From positions 186,001 through 250,000 of the forward strand of contig CP142734.1 in the NCBI GenBank assembly GCA_036630325.1: 64,000 nt of DNA, read 5' to 3'. Positions 1 to 13,642 of the stretch are shown piece after piece (positions within the stretch are counted from its first letter, which is position 1; the number at the start of each line of letters is the position of its first letter). The position numbers were made by a program, and so were the translations under genes. The notes under the pieces are model-generated. The model was not told the origin of the DNA. It did not search any database and saw nothing but the letters and a program-made list of their open reading frames with translations. The DNA is from Vairimorpha necatrix (Eukaryota).

Positions 1-1541
1 TAGATTTAATTATAATAAATAATAAGTTTTATTAAATTTAGATTTAATTATATTAAATAATGTATATTAAACTGATATATAAACTTGGTTTTGTTCGGGT
101 GGTAAATTTAATTAAGTACAATATAATCTGCAATATTTGTTGCATTATAATGTAACATAATTTTTTTTTAAAAGCTTTGATTACATATTATTGTGATTTG
201 ATTGTTATTCTAATTGTTTAACTAAAATTCTAAACATTTCTGAACTACTATCGTTTGTTTTTAGTATTAAACTACGATGTGCTTAGCTTTTGTAGGAAAG
301 GAAAATTTCTTTTTTATCATAAAATATCTCCAAATTCTATATATTATATCTTTTTTTTTGAATAGACGTCTTCATAAGCAAAAAATTGAATACATATTTA
401 ATTCTAATGATGTCGCAACTTTTATAAATTATCATGTTGTTTGATTATGTATTATACACGTGTAAATTCGTGGGAATTATAACTTTATAAAATACTAGTT
501 TTTATTTATATTTTGCCGTTGTGCGTTATCATGCAATAATAAAATTTATTTTATAGGATTGTACTTTTCTGGTTTTGCTAAGCAAATGTTTGATTAATAA
601 GTATAAAAAAACATTATCGACAATAGTACATATTTGAATCATTTTTTTTTGTTAGAATCTCATTGTACTTTAGCCATGTGCGAAACTAAACTTTCATAAA
701 AGAAACTTCTTAGTATTTCTAAATCCATTCTTTGTATGCATGCACTATTTGGAATAGATTTTAAGGCTTTCAGGACTTTAATCTTCAAATAAAGTTGATA
801 CAAAACTATGATGAAAAAACAGTGCAAAAAAAATTTAAGATTGACATTTTTTGCCGCTAAACAAAATCCATACTTTTCTGAGATATCTGTAACCTTATGG
901 GTTATGTTATTTCTACTCCTCAATAGAGCCCCAGCTTTTATCCATTGAAGTAATATTTGTTTACAATAAGCTTTCTTCTGATACGAGTTACAGAGAAGCG
1001 TTAAAATTTTGTTTTTGAAACACTTTATAAATAAACCTTTTTGAATTGAATGTCATCTCAAATCTCCGCAAATTAGGTTAGATCGCAAAAAAAAAAAAAT
1101 TAACACAATAACACGGCTGCATAAGTTCTTTGCTTTTTTGTGCTATGCTCAAAAGATTTATAAAATAAATCTGAGGCATGATTAACGTTTAAGTTCACAC
1201 CAACAATATGTAAAATCAAATTTGTGTTCACCAAACATTTCGGACTCTAAAAACTAAAATTTTAGATTAAAAAGTACAAAAACACACTATTTAATTATAA
1301 ATAAACAATTCTTTTAGATTTCAAAGACCTTATTTTATTTTATATTGCATAAAAAAATTTTAATTATCAAAGTAAAAGTTTTTTATTTGTCATAATATAA
1401 TTATGTTTTAATATTAAATGAGTTTTACGTTTCAAGGTGATCTTGAGTAAATATAAAAAACAATGATCAAAAAACAGTGATATGATACTTGTCACTAATA
1501 ATTATATTGATTTTTATAAATAATAATAAGCTTTAATCATC

Positions 1542-2780
1542 ATGCTAAAAAAAATTATTGTTTCTTCTTTTTGGAAATAGCAAAATGATTTTACTAATAA
1601 AAAATGGGCTGGATTCTGTTTGTGATGGGTATATAGTAATATCTAATGAAAATATATACAAATTATATTTTTTCTTGAATAGTCCGGAGTCAGAAAAAAG
1701 AGTATTATTTAAAGATAAATATAAGGGCAAAGATTTTTTTTCATATGATTATCTCTTAGAAAAGGTAGATACCATTTATCACAAACAAATAAGAACTCTT
1801 GGTACTGCTATTAAAAATACAAAGTTGAGAGAGAAATTTTGCAATAGCGTTCTATAATATAAATTCCATTTTGATTTTCAAACTAACAAAAAGTTTTGTT
1901 TTAAAGTTACCATTAATAAAGAAAAAATAAATACGCTGTCGATTTATCGTACACAAGTAATTGATTTTAACAATAAAAATTTAAGTATGATGCTGGTTTT
2001 AAATAAAATGAAAGGTTATGAATAAATACTTCTAATACAGAATTAGATGCAAAACATAAGAATGAAATATTAAGTATCAACACATATAATGATAATACAA
2101 TAAAAAATAAAGGAAATAACATAGTATACGTAAAAAAAGAGGAATTCAATAATAGTGCACTTAAACCGAAAAAATAAATCATAGATTTTATTTCTTTCCC
2201 TATGATATAAATCATAAAATTACTGGACAGAATAGTACTTTTAAAATTCTTAAAAACGAAGGTTTACTTAAAAACATAAAAAAAATGAAGAATTGAATAG
2301 TCAAGTTAAGCAGCCCAAGGAGCTTGATATTTTAAAAATAATTAAAACAGCCGATATTAATAATAATGATAAAACTAATAACTTCAATGATTTGAATAAT
2401 GAAATGTTTGAACAAAGATTAGTCAGATAAATAATCCTGTTGCAATAAAGAAAAATATATTTAATAATTTAAAAGCATCATTACGAAATGGCCATAAAAT
2501 TTTTAATAAAAACAATATCAACAACAATGAAATCAATAAAGAAAAATCTGATCAAAGCATCAAGGAAGATGATAATTTAAATAAATTTATTATGAATACC
2601 AAATCGAAAGATTAAAGAATTAAATCTAAGAATCTACCATCATCGAATAAGAAATCTGATGATGATGATAATAACACTCCTTTTTGTAGTTTGATTCGTT
2701 ATGTTCTTTATGTTGTCACGTTTTTGGGAATTGGTATCTTAACAGGTTTTCACTGGGACGATATTATTAATAAATATTAA
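1542..2780 (+). pseudogene. Disrupted member of the local secreted/membrane protein family ('CD-x-Y-I-G' family)
   Basis: ATG at 1542 is one base out of frame (A8 run) with ORF 1558-1857. That ORF carries VCDGYIVIS and LEKVDTIYHKQIRTLGTAIKNTKLREKFCNSVL, which align with CDLYIG and L..V...DH..IRKL...NFINS..YY of the intact paralogs. Many stops follow, then an N/K-rich linker and a hydrophobic tail (LIRYVLYVVTFLGIGILTGF) ending at TAA 2778-2780. Confidence 0.75.
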
Positions 2781-3465
2781 TTATCTAGAGCTAATTATTA
2801 ATGTTGCAAATTATTGATAAATCAAATAATAATCATGTTTTTTTTAAAATGATTTATCAAGTCAAAACCATTAATTAAGCTATTAAATACATATAATTTA
2901 AAATCCTATCAAATTTATTAATGAATTTATAATTATTACATTCAAGAGGTACAATGATTTTCTGATGTTATGAAACACAAGTCTGATGTTAATGTCGAGT
3001 ACAGATCTTATATGATCCAAAAATTATATGATGATAAGAAAGTCTCCTTCGTAATTTATTATATTTCAAATTATATTTAAAAGGGGGATATAATATTCTA
3101 TACCTAAAAAATTTAAAAAGAAATCATGACTATAAGATTATGAAGAAAGAACAAACATTATTCTTATGAGATCTATCCTTCGATTTTTATATCTAGCAGT
3201 TCTATCGAATTGACCATTTTAAAAATAAAAAGCATTAAAAGCAGCATTTCTATAGATATTAAACTTGTAATTATTACTTGTCTTGACTTAAATTAATTAA
3301 GGTCATAATATTTTATATGGTATAGTTGATTGTATCAAAAACGCACCTATCATGGTTATATTAATAATATAGAATTCGTTAAAATAGCCAATAAGAAAAA
3401 AATGCAAAAATTTCGAAGACCAAAAAAATATTTAAAATCTCTGTTAACATTAGGAAAACTGAAAC

Positions 3466-3800
3466 TGTAGCATAAATGTCAATTCTGGCTGCTCGGTGTT
3501 TCTAAATAGAGTTAATTGTTTTCCGTTCATTTTATATTCGTAGAAGGGATGAAAGCTTGCCCTATTATGTTTTCAATTTAATTAGTGTCAAATGTATCAT
3601 TTGTTGAATGATGCTAGACTTTTATGTAGCTTTTTTATATTTTGACATTACAAACTAGAACCCATACTTTTTGTTTTCTTCCTTTGTTTGTTGATGAAGA
3701 TGCAATTGACTACGTCAATGGCTGGCCGCATTGATGCATGACAGCCGGAAAGTTCGAGAGCCTTGTTTTCTTACAGATACAGTAGGAATGTTGTGCGACA
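3466..3800. mobile_element. Solo-LTR-like element (335 bp)
   Basis: Termini tgtagca...tgcgaca; flanks gaaac/gaaaa (5-bp TSD, 1 mismatch). Shares ctggctgctcggtgt.tctaaat, gaaggg.tgaaa and tgacagccg blocks with the TSD-bounded insertion at 45643-46003. Confidence 0.75.
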
Positions 3801-6800
3801 GAAAAAAAAATTAATAATAAATTTTTACAAAGACAAAATAAAACTATAACAAACATAATCTTAAAAATCTAAAAAATTTTTTGGTTTTTCGATTTAGTTT
3901 CCTTTACTTAAAATAAAATGAAATAGGATAAAAAGTCTAATAATTTCACATTCATAGACTGATTATAGAAAAAATTGTATTCTTTTATATGTTTTTGTAC
4001 CATATAAAATTTTTAAAGGAAAATCAAAGATTTATAATATTAATAATGAATTCTAAATAGTAAATACACCAAACGCAGAATATAAACTACTCTTAATTTC
4101 TTTGTAAATGTCAAGTATTGGACAATGTTTTGAGTACCTTATCTATCTTCAATAGTCATTTACTTATTTTTGATTCTTGGAAACTTCAAAACACAAAAAG
4201 CTCTTTATTTTTTTCTCGGATATATCCATTTCAACGACTATCATTCATTTATACTAAGATTTTAATAGATTTGGATTTAATTTGGTTTATTTAAATATAT
4301 TTTAAAGCTATTTTTGAACATTACTACTTAAATTATGGTTTAATATATAAACAACTTATGGTAGCATGTATTGAGTATGATATTAGCATAAATGTATAGT
4401 AAAAATCCTGTTAGTAAAAAGCTTTGATACGAATAAAAATTATATTTATATATTCGCATATGTATATCGCAACCAAATTTTTTTATGTTCTACCGTATCT
4501 TCGCACTTTAAATACATTTTATTGTTTATTTTTACAATCTTTGTTCTTATTATTTCCATCTCTTCTATGTATAACATTTATATCTGATGAAGTTTCATAA
4601 ATTTAAACTATATAACCTTCGAATCTAGATTAGATTTTGTTTTGCAAATTTTTCTAATTTTAGTAATCAAATTAGTTTTTGTATTTCCTTCTACATCATC
4701 ATCATCAATCGTAAAGTTTTCATTTCTTTTAACTTGATCGAGGTACTCTCTAAAGTTTATTAATGCTTATATAAATCTAATTTTGCACTTATTTAAAAAT
4801 TTTATATGTTTTATTTCAGCATATATTAAATCTTAAATGACATCTCAAAATTCTTAATGAGATATCTCATTATGTGGTTGAGAAGATGGTTTTTTTTGCA
4901 AATAAATAGGAATGCTAGATTTTCGCCCAGGATATTACGAAAATCTTTTGACGAAACAAAAGAGATATTATTTAAGAAATACTTTAGGCCATGTACAACA
5001 AAGACTATACCTTTACGAACGCAAAATGGTTTGAGGTTTGTTCAACAAATTCTTTTTAAAACTTATGATCTAAATTAATTTCAAGCCGCAATGACTTTAT
5101 TCAAGAATATAAGCAATATTTGAAATTTAAAAAAAAATATTTTATAAATTTAAGGTAACTTAGGGAGAAAAAAAATTAATACTAACATTGAAGAACTAAT
5201 TGGTACCGTTTACTGCATTTATCCAACATAAAAAATGTATTTTTTGACACCTATTAGATAAGAAGATGTGCCTTTTACATTTTACATGAGAGGTAAAAGC
5301 TATGGCTCGAAAAAAAATAACATAGCCATAAGTGACAATGGAAACATGTTTTTTTAATTAAATTTCGATCTGTACCTAAAAACAGGAATTCACATTGTAA
5401 AGAATTGACGCCGAATTAAAAGCCTTGGTTGTTTGAGTCTAAAACAAGATTTATTTATAGACATAACGATATGGTACAATGCACACATAAGTTGATACAT
5501 TTTTCTAAAAAGTTGTAAAGCAAAATATCAAGAGATAGTTCATGAGGATGTGTTTATACAATCGTTTATGCTTAATGATGCCAATGCAAAGAATATAAGT
5601 AAAAAATAGTCACTACTTTGATATGTTTAAAAAGAATAAAAAAATGATTAATATTTTTATCTAAGTTCTGATTACGTTTTTCAGGATATAGAAAAAATGA
5701 GAATAAACTAAGAATCTCGTTTTAACAAGAGGTCTTGAGATTATTTTTGTATATGCTTTTCTTTTAATTTGTAGAGTTACAAAACATCGCGTCAGGTACA
5801 AAAAGCACTTGGCATTTCCTAAAACACTAGTTCTTGAATTAAAATCGAATAAACCATGACAACTCCAGATTAATGTTTAGATTTGAAAAAAGAAGAATCG
5901 ACTGTAATAAACTTGCTGAGAAAAATACTCCAAATATATTACAAAACCAAATTTTTAAGACAATTTTGATAGTTCATAAATTTTAAAATCTATTGTTTTT
6001 TTTTTAAGTATTATTTTCATTTTTTTTAAAAATTTCGTAAATAATGTACTTTGATTTCATAATATTAAAATCATAACCAGAGCTTACTGTTTTTGACTTA
6101 TTTTAATTATTTATAATGTTATTCTGTTTTATGTCTTATAAAAAATAAATTTAATCATTTTTCCGTTCAAATGCATTTTGTGTGTAACTTAGTAATTCTT
6201 AAGTTCAAAAAATCGCAATAGCAAGATTAAAACCTATTATTCTAGTATCTATCTTATAAACATTTTAAATTGGTCTTATTATAAATGTTTTCTCTCATCA
6301 TTTCATATAAATCTTCATTATTTTTTATGATTTCTTTAATCAAAAGACACATTATTATAAATATAAAATAAAATCATGATGAAGATGTTTTAAACAATCG
6401 TAGTTAATAAAGACATTGTTCGTTACTTTTTTTTCTCAAAGCTTTCATAATTTTCAAATTTAAAGTAGATCAAAAATAATAATTAAAAATTAATGGCTAA
6501 AGTAAAAAATGTATTATTTTTTCATAAATGACGTTTATTTGCCAAAAAGATAGTCATAAATTATGTAAACTTAACTACATTTATCCCGAAATATTTAATT
6601 AAACGCTATTTTAATTGAAATATGATAACTACACAAATGGTACTATGAATATTTCATATAATCATTATATGTGCAACCTTTAAAACAAGTTAATAGTTAT
6701 TTATTATGATTTAAACATAGAGAGTGTAAATTATATGCTCACATTGCCTTTTCAGACAATTTAAGCATATATTTTTTTTGATTAAAGTTTCATGTCATTA

Positions 6801-6847
6801 TTTCATTAATATTAATTCTCTATAAATATCGAATTTTATCGAACCCC

Positions 6848-7688
6848 ATGTTTTGGCAAATATTGACTTGTTTAAACTTTAAATATTGTACTGATACGTT
6901 TCTTTTTTTGAATTATCATGATAGAGAGGGATCTCTTTGCGATCTTTATATCGGTGCTTTAGAGGAAGATACTGACACTAAGTTAAATTCAGTGTTTCTA
7001 TCAACAGAATATGAATGGTATTTGAGAGCTTTTGTGAGTGGTTGCAGGTTCGAAGATGGATTATTTCATATAAGAAATAACTGTATTCACTTACAAAGGG
7101 TAGAAAAGGAAGATCATGAAAGTATTAGAAAATTGCCGTTTATTGTTGAAAATAAGAATCTTTTTAAAAATTTTATCGCGTGTAAAGAATATTACAAGTG
7201 TAAGATTGAAGTAGAGGACGAAACGGAATGTTTTTTTTTTAAAGTCAGTCTAAATAAAACGGACGATTCTCTTACTTGGTGGTTTTCGACATTAATGCCC
7301 TTTGAACTGAATAATATGTATGCTGATGTTAAATTTTCTACCCCTAAAGTTAGTGTGCTGAAAAATCGTCGTAAAGAAGATGTCTATAATTCAATTATAG
7401 AGTTTACTTATTTGTTTTTAGAATAAGGTATTGAAATAAATGAGACATCAGATACGGAGGCTAAACAAATTGCTACAAATGGGGGTAGTTCGTCCAACAT
7501 TGTTTCCAAAGAAGAAAATAAAGACGAAAAAGAAAAAACTAAATCTTCTACTTATGTTTCAGAAAAGCCACAATGAAGAAGGACCTGATAAAGCAGAATT
7601 GAAAAGAATTGTAGAGAATGCTTTGTCGGGACTATTAACTCATGTTTCAATATCTACTGGCGAACATGTCGACAATGACAATAAATAA
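6848..7688 (+). pseudogene. Family member, damaged duplicate of 22745-23584
   Basis: CCCC-ATG start; 192 aa open, then TAA at 7424-7426 where the paralog has AAA, and a +1 shift near 7565. Same C-terminus (HVSISTGEHVDNDNK). Could still make a 192-aa N-domain-only protein. Confidence 0.85.
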
Positions 7689-7883
7689 TTGTTCTTTTGG
7701 GTTTTTTTCTTTTTATGTATTTAACTTGAATTTACCCTGAAATCAGTGTTACTAAAAAATTTTTCAACATGAAAAATTATAAATTTACTATAATTGCCCC
7801 AAATTAAACTTCATTTTTTATTAATTTCTTTTAAGAAAAAAATTTAAACGAAAGAGAATAAAAATTTGACAATGATTATAACA

Positions 7884-7932
7884 TGTTATATATTCTTATA
7901 TTTCTGAACCCCAATTATGATAAATAAATACA
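7884..7932 (+). repeat. 5' LTR of Gypsy 1 (49 bp)
   Basis: tgttatatattcttatatttctgaaccccaattatgataaataaataca; 47/49 identical to 16586-16634; directly followed by tgggggcg. Confidence 0.92.
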
Positions 7933-8318
7933 TGGGGGCGATGCCGAATCGTGAGCTAACAAATGTTGGCTGTGGTCAAGAGGCCAGAAGGTTATTAGAA
8001 GAGTTTAAGAGGATTGTTTATGGATTAGTATTGTCTGATTATGATTTTGAAAAAATGTAAAGAAGGAGATTTTTGATCTTGGAACTGATGAGTTGAAAGA
8101 ATTTATGGTTAAGAATATTAAGATTAGAGATCATTGGAAAGTTATGGAAACCAAATTAGAGGAATTGGTTAAAGTACAGGAGGAAAAGGATATGAGATTA
8201 CGGATGATCGAGGAGGTCACAAAGATGGTGGCAGAGGAGATTAGAAATATTAGTAGAGAGGAAAGAATATTTGAGAAGAGAAGAACAATATGATGTTATA
8301 ATTGTTCAAGAATGGGAC
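7932..8318 (+). pseudogene. gag: Gypsy 1 gag, 5' part
   Basis: ATG 7932 MGAMPNRELTNVGCGQEARRLLEEF..., frameshift near 8055 into ORF 8093-8293, then *CYNCSRMG, the first half of a CX2CX4HX4C knuckle that resumes at 13933 as (Q)KSQMC. Confidence 0.75.
7933..7946 (+). promoter_or_regulatory. Primer-binding site, probably tRNA-Pro
   Basis: TGGGGGCGATGCCG abuts the LTR end. TGGGGGC is the complement of the 3' end of eukaryotic tRNA-Pro (recalled, not searched). Confidence 0.65.
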
Positions 8319-8323
8319 CAAAA

Positions 8324-9910
8324 TGGGGTTCACCAAACGCAAAAAAAGGAGGAAGAAACTTGCGAGATTGAGGCCGACTTATCGACCTCTGGAGCACAAG
8401 AAAGTGTTAATTCACTAGTATTGGAAGGCTACAAACCAGAATGTGAAGTTAGAAGCTTCCGCAAGGCTGGTATTCAGACAGACCAAGAATTGATAAAATT
8501 CTGGTCACGAACAGAGACTTTATTTAACAGAATAAAGATAGAAGAAGGCAAAAATACTAACCAAAGGTATTGTGGGAGAGCTGGGCTGATGGCTAGCCTC
8601 GCTTCCTATTGTAAGAGCTCACATGGAGTGACAAGTATTCATCAGGAGTACTTAGATGCCATCTGTGAAGAGCTCAATGAACAGAGATTCAAGCTTAAAA
8701 ACTTGAAGAAGCAGCACGAGATTGAGATTTCCGTAATGAGAAACCAACTCAACACACAAATTGATGCCCCAAAGGCTTCAAATGAAAGATTAGAGCAGAG
8801 AATTGACATGATTCTCACTGCAAAAAAAAAAGAGTGTGAAGAACCAATCACAAAAAAAGCTGATCGTACTGATCAAAAAAAGGAAAAGGAATAGTTTGGT
8901 GTCTTCTCTAAAGCTCAAGATAAAGAGCAAATAAAGGTTACGGGTGAAAGGATCCCATCATCCAATACCATTAATGTGTATTTACGACAGGTAAGCGCTG
9001 CCGTAAAAGGAAACAGGAAATTGTTGAAGAAAAATATTCTTCTAACAGAAAAGACGGAGAATGACTGGACAATTATCTTAAAAATTGTGATATGAAACCA
9101 AAGGTTTCAAAAAAAGCTGATGCCTCAAAAACATCAAAAACAGCAGATGCCTATAGGTTTGCCCCATTCCTAGAAGGTATAAAAAAGAACTTCAACTGTG
9201 ATACGAAACAGTTGAAAGTACCCGCTTCAAGTTCTAAAACTTGTAAAAAAATGCTGAAAGATGATTTGTTACTGTCATCTATAAAAGGTTGTGCGAAGTC
9301 GAAATCTATGACTGAGCGCAAATCCAAGATGAAGAAAACATCTTTACCAAAGGCACCTTCTTCTCACATTACGAGGAAGAAACAAACGAATTGGATAGAT
9401 AAACTATCCAGAGAAGAGTTGCTAGACCTAGCAATAAACGGAAAGAGGCTCAAAGACTGCAAATACAAAATTGTGGTCGCTCATGGTTTCCTCCGAGGGG
9501 AACACATTATCAGGAAGACCTGGGCCAAATTAATGGGCATAGAGGAAAAGAACATTCCCCTGGTAAAAGATATTGAAGGCGAGGGCAGAATTTTTCTCAT
9601 TAGAGATGAGTTCTGCTTTCAAGCTGCAGAAGCTCTTGAGAACGCTTCAGAAAATGTAAGAGTATTAGTTGCCGAAAACGAAGTAGACAATTATATCCAT
9701 AGGAACAGATCAGCTTTGACAAAAATATTCTTCGATCTTCGTCAAAATTGGAGGAAGTATGTGCCTGTCGATAAAGCAATAAAAGTTATAAAAAACGGTC
9801 TATCTGACAAGCCTACAGTAAGCCATGAAGAGTTCTTTCTATCCGAGTTAAACTTTGAATATCTCGGGAAAGACAGGAAAGTTGATAGTAAACATCACAA
9901 TAAACAGTGA
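8324..9910 (+). pseudogene. LINE ORF1-like region (coiled-coil and basic segments)
   Basis: ORFs 8271-8894 (heptad-rich ICEELNEQRFKLKNLKKQHEIEISVMRNQLN) and 9092-9910 lie inside the TSDs, upstream of ORF2. ATG at 8324 is 5 nt inside the element. No named domain recognised. Confidence 0.6.
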
Positions 9911-10087
9911 TAAAAATGCTATTATTAAAAGATTTTTATTAAATAATATATATTTTAATAAAAAACAAGTTATACGGCTTATTAGCTGTACCAAAATTAA
10001 TTGTCTACCCAACAATCACCAAAAGTTAGTAACTTTACTAATAAAAATAATGGATGTAAACTGAGATTTAAATCTCATGTCTATATT

Positions 10088-13000
10088 ATGGTAAAAGCTA
10101 GAATGCTGAGAACAAGCATTCAAAAGGGGTTGTGTCTAGTTAAAACAATGGCCAACCATATCAATAGAGAAGAACTCCGACAACAGTTAGACAGAGTGTC
10201 AACGGGATTATCGTACTCCCTTATCTATACCAGAAAGTATCGCAGAAAAAATGCTAACTTTACCTTCTGCGTAGTCAGAAGGTCAAGAAAAAAGGAAATT
10301 TCTGAAGCCATGGATATACTTGGCCTAGAAATATATAAAAAAATTCTAACTCGTGATAGGGTGGAGAATAAAAGAAGATGCAAGTCCATAGAGAAGGCCA
10401 AGCTCTATAGTCTTAACATCAACCATTTCTACGGAAAGAATGAGGACTTGGAAATCCTCCTTAAAGTAGAAAAGCCTTAGTCTTGTGTCTTCAAGAAACT
10501 TGGAAGAAATCCTTAGGTTCTACGAGACTAGAAAAGTATATGGTGGTGAAGACACCAGCCATAGGAAAGAATCGGCCGGGTCTAATGACTCTAGTCAGAA
10601 AAGACGGGGCAGTAAGATTTTCCAAAAAGGGGGATGACGACAATATTCTACAAACTGTCGTTGAATTCAAAACTAGTACGGGATGGACAAAGGTCTTAAT
10701 AATCAATGTTTACGTTCCACAAGAGAGAGAGTTAAAGGCCGAAACTCTAAGTAAAGTTTTAACCTTCTTAGTATTGAGAAAGATAAAAGAAACTACAAGG
10801 AGATTGTAGTGATGGGGGATATGAATACTAGTGATTCTTCCCTCAAAACGAAGCTTGCTATCGCAGGATTAAGCCCTGCAATAAACTATAACAGATTACC
10901 AGGGACAAGAATCCTGAGTGATGGACAAGTCTCTAAAAGACGTATTGATACGATATTTAGGGTCTTAATTCAGGACAACGAGAAAGTAACAATCTCTCGA
11001 AGATGGACGGTAAGTGATCATCTCTTGCTGAAGAGAATGATATCTCTTCCTTCTCCAGTGAGAGAACGGTCATTTGCCTACAATAGGAAGAAACTTGAGC
11101 ATCCAGGAATGGAAGCTAAGCTTTCAAGAAAGTTGAATGAAAAAAACATTCACACTAGTTGAACTCTCTAGAGTTTTTAAAGACGTTTGTATATCCTCCA
11201 AGATATACAGTAAAGTGGGGACATTCAAAGGACTGCCCATCAGATGGAGACACGTAAATGTCTTTAAAAATTTAGATATGCTACTAAGCGTATGCTAACG
11301 AATAGGTCCGTAACGTCTGTGCATAGTTACATGTTACTGAAGGATAAGATTGGGGCAACAAAGATAAAAGTTCGGAAAGATCGAGCCAAACTTTGGGCCT
11401 TCAAGGGCATTGAGCTCTATAAAAGTAACAGATCCAGAGACTTCTGGAAATGGTTGAAAAGTTCTTCTAACGTCACTGTTGAATTAGACAATGTTTGCTT
11501 GAAAGATGTATCAGGCATGGCTCATAACGAGCATAAAAAGAAGTTAGAGATAGCCAATGACTTTTATGCTAATCTAGCTAACTCAATTTCAGACGTTGAA
11601 AATGTCTATCAAAAAAATATCGAAAGGGATACTCCAGAGAACATCACTATGGAGGAATTATTGAGTTCCACTTTTAACTGTGGCTTTAACAAGGCAGCTG
11701 GACCGGATGAGATTCCAACTGAGCTATACAAGATACTACTTAAACCTAGCTTAGTAGATAAAAAGCTACCTCTGTTCCTTGTGAACGAGTTCAACAGAAT
11801 ACTAACAGGAGACAGTTCTCCTGTTAGCTGGAGTGCTGCTGACATGATTTGCCTCCATAAAAAAGGAGATGTGTCAGATCTCAACAACTATAGAGGAATT
11901 GCGCTAATTAACACAATAAGCAAAATTTACTTAAAAATAGTAAACGACAGACTTACACAGTTTGTTGAAGAAAAGAACATTCTTTCTTCTTTCCAAGCCG
12001 GATTTAGAACAGGAGAAGAATGTATGAATCAGATTGCAACCTTGCTGAAGGTGGTTAAAAGAAGAGAATTTCGAAGTCAACAAACATTTCTATGTTTTAT
12101 TGACTTTGAAAAAGCTTACAACAATGTTAGCCATGAGCTACTATTTAATAAGCTAGAAAGGTATAGTATTCCAAGATATCTTATAAACACATTAAAAGAT
12201 ATCTATGGAAATACTAAGATGAGAATCCGTATAAACGGAGACACAAGTAGTGGATATCTTTACAAAAAAGGTGAGAGACAGGGGTGCCCCTGTTCTCCTA
12301 CGCTGTTAATCTATTCATAAATGATATTTTTGACGGCATGACAGGATTGAGCGTTCCCCGCTCAAATATAAGCCTGCCCGGACTGATGTTTGCAGATGAC
12401 ATCGTAGTTCTAGGCAATTCTCTTGCTGATTTGAAACACAAAGTATGTCAAGTCAGCAGATGTTTAGTTGAGAATCGTATGAAGATCATTTGTGACAAAA
12501 ATGGTATCTTAGTTTGGGATGCCAGTAATATATCCGAGTCTTTAGATGTAGCTATCAGGACTGACTTTGAAAAATCGGTGAAGTCTCCGAATACAGGTAT
12601 TTGGGTGTTCTTTTTAAAGATCTACTTTAAAAGAACACTTAGTAAGATATGGAGCCTTCAGAAGCAAAAAAGCTTTAGAAGTTTGAAAATAAACCTTAAA
12701 TAACGGAATTAATATAGCTTTTAAAGGTATATTAATAAAAAATGTGCTATTTCCCTCACTAATGTACGGAAGTGAATTATGGGGGATGTCTAGTATAAGG
12801 TCTGGTGGGATCAATAGAATCCTAAGAAAAGCGATCCGAATAATATTTCGAACAAAAATAGTGCCATTAGATAGGATAATGGACGAACTCTGTATGAATA
12901 GAGTATACATACAGGCGCCCTAAGTAGATTTAGGGCATTAAGGAAGTGGAAACACAATAAAACCATTATCTCGGAATTTATTAACCAACCTCCGAGTGAA

Positions 13001-13612
13001 AGGAAAACCACGTAAGGTTCGAAGACTAGACGTTATTGTAAGAGATATATCGGGAAGGATTATGAAAGCATTGTCTACGTTATAGGCAATAACAAAATTT
13101 TAGAGGTACTTAAGGCAAGGGGTTCCTACAACACTACTTTAGGTGCTCTAGTAGCAGATAAGTATGGAATCTGTGACTCGCAGATTAAGTACATATTATC
13201 AAAATTAAGCAACAGGCAGATCAGGAATTACACCAGGCTTCAGTGTAATATAGTCAGATGGTCTTCTGCTTTGGCTAATGCCAACAGAATCCCTCTTTTT
13301 TATAGGACTCATTGTTTCCTTTGTGAGGGAGAACGAGAAGACCTTGAACACTTCTTGTTAGACTGTCCGACGCTCTCTTACACAAGATCTCTATATGAGA
13401 ATAAAATACCTGAGTTGAGATGTTCAACTCAAACAAAAGAGGAGCTAGTTAAGATGTTATTGGTAACATCAATGGCATTAAAGCTTGTTTTGATATAAGG
13501 AAGTCTCTACTTGTAAGAGTAGAGTTCTTAGACAAGATGATTGTAAAACGATATATCGTTATACGAGAAAAGGAAAGGCTTGTAAGCCAGAACAGATCTA
13601 GAGAAATCTAGA
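10088..13612 (+). pseudogene. LINE ORF2: APE endonuclease - reverse transcriptase - CCHC zinc finger (multiple stops and frameshifts)
   Basis: APE motifs SLNIN, CLQETW, INVYVP, MGDMN, RIDTI, SDH; RT motifs AAGPDEIP, NYRGIAL, QAGFR, FIDFEKAY, GERQGCPCSP, MFADD; C-terminal CFLC..EDLEHFLLDCP. End points approximate. Confidence 0.93.
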
Positions 13613-13642
13613 AGAAAAAAAAACACACTTTTACTTGGGGGA

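Larger units (their letters stand above)
2460..7883 (+). repeat. Tandem segmental duplication, copy A (~5.4 kb)
   Basis: Colinear near-identity with 16635-23782: 2460 tttaataatttaaaagcatcattacg matches 16635 tctaataattttaaagcatcattacg, and ...gacaatgattataaca ends at 7883 and at 23782. Confidence 0.95.

Noticed and set aside
660..960. 87-aa minus-strand ORF with slightly higher GC, possibly a retroelement relic
   Set aside because: No ATG/CCC start and no recognisable motif; resemblance to the LINE C-terminus is too weak to call.
4857..5078. 73-aa ORF in duplication copy A
   Set aside because: Frameshifted in copy B (~20790-20870) and no motif; likely spurious.
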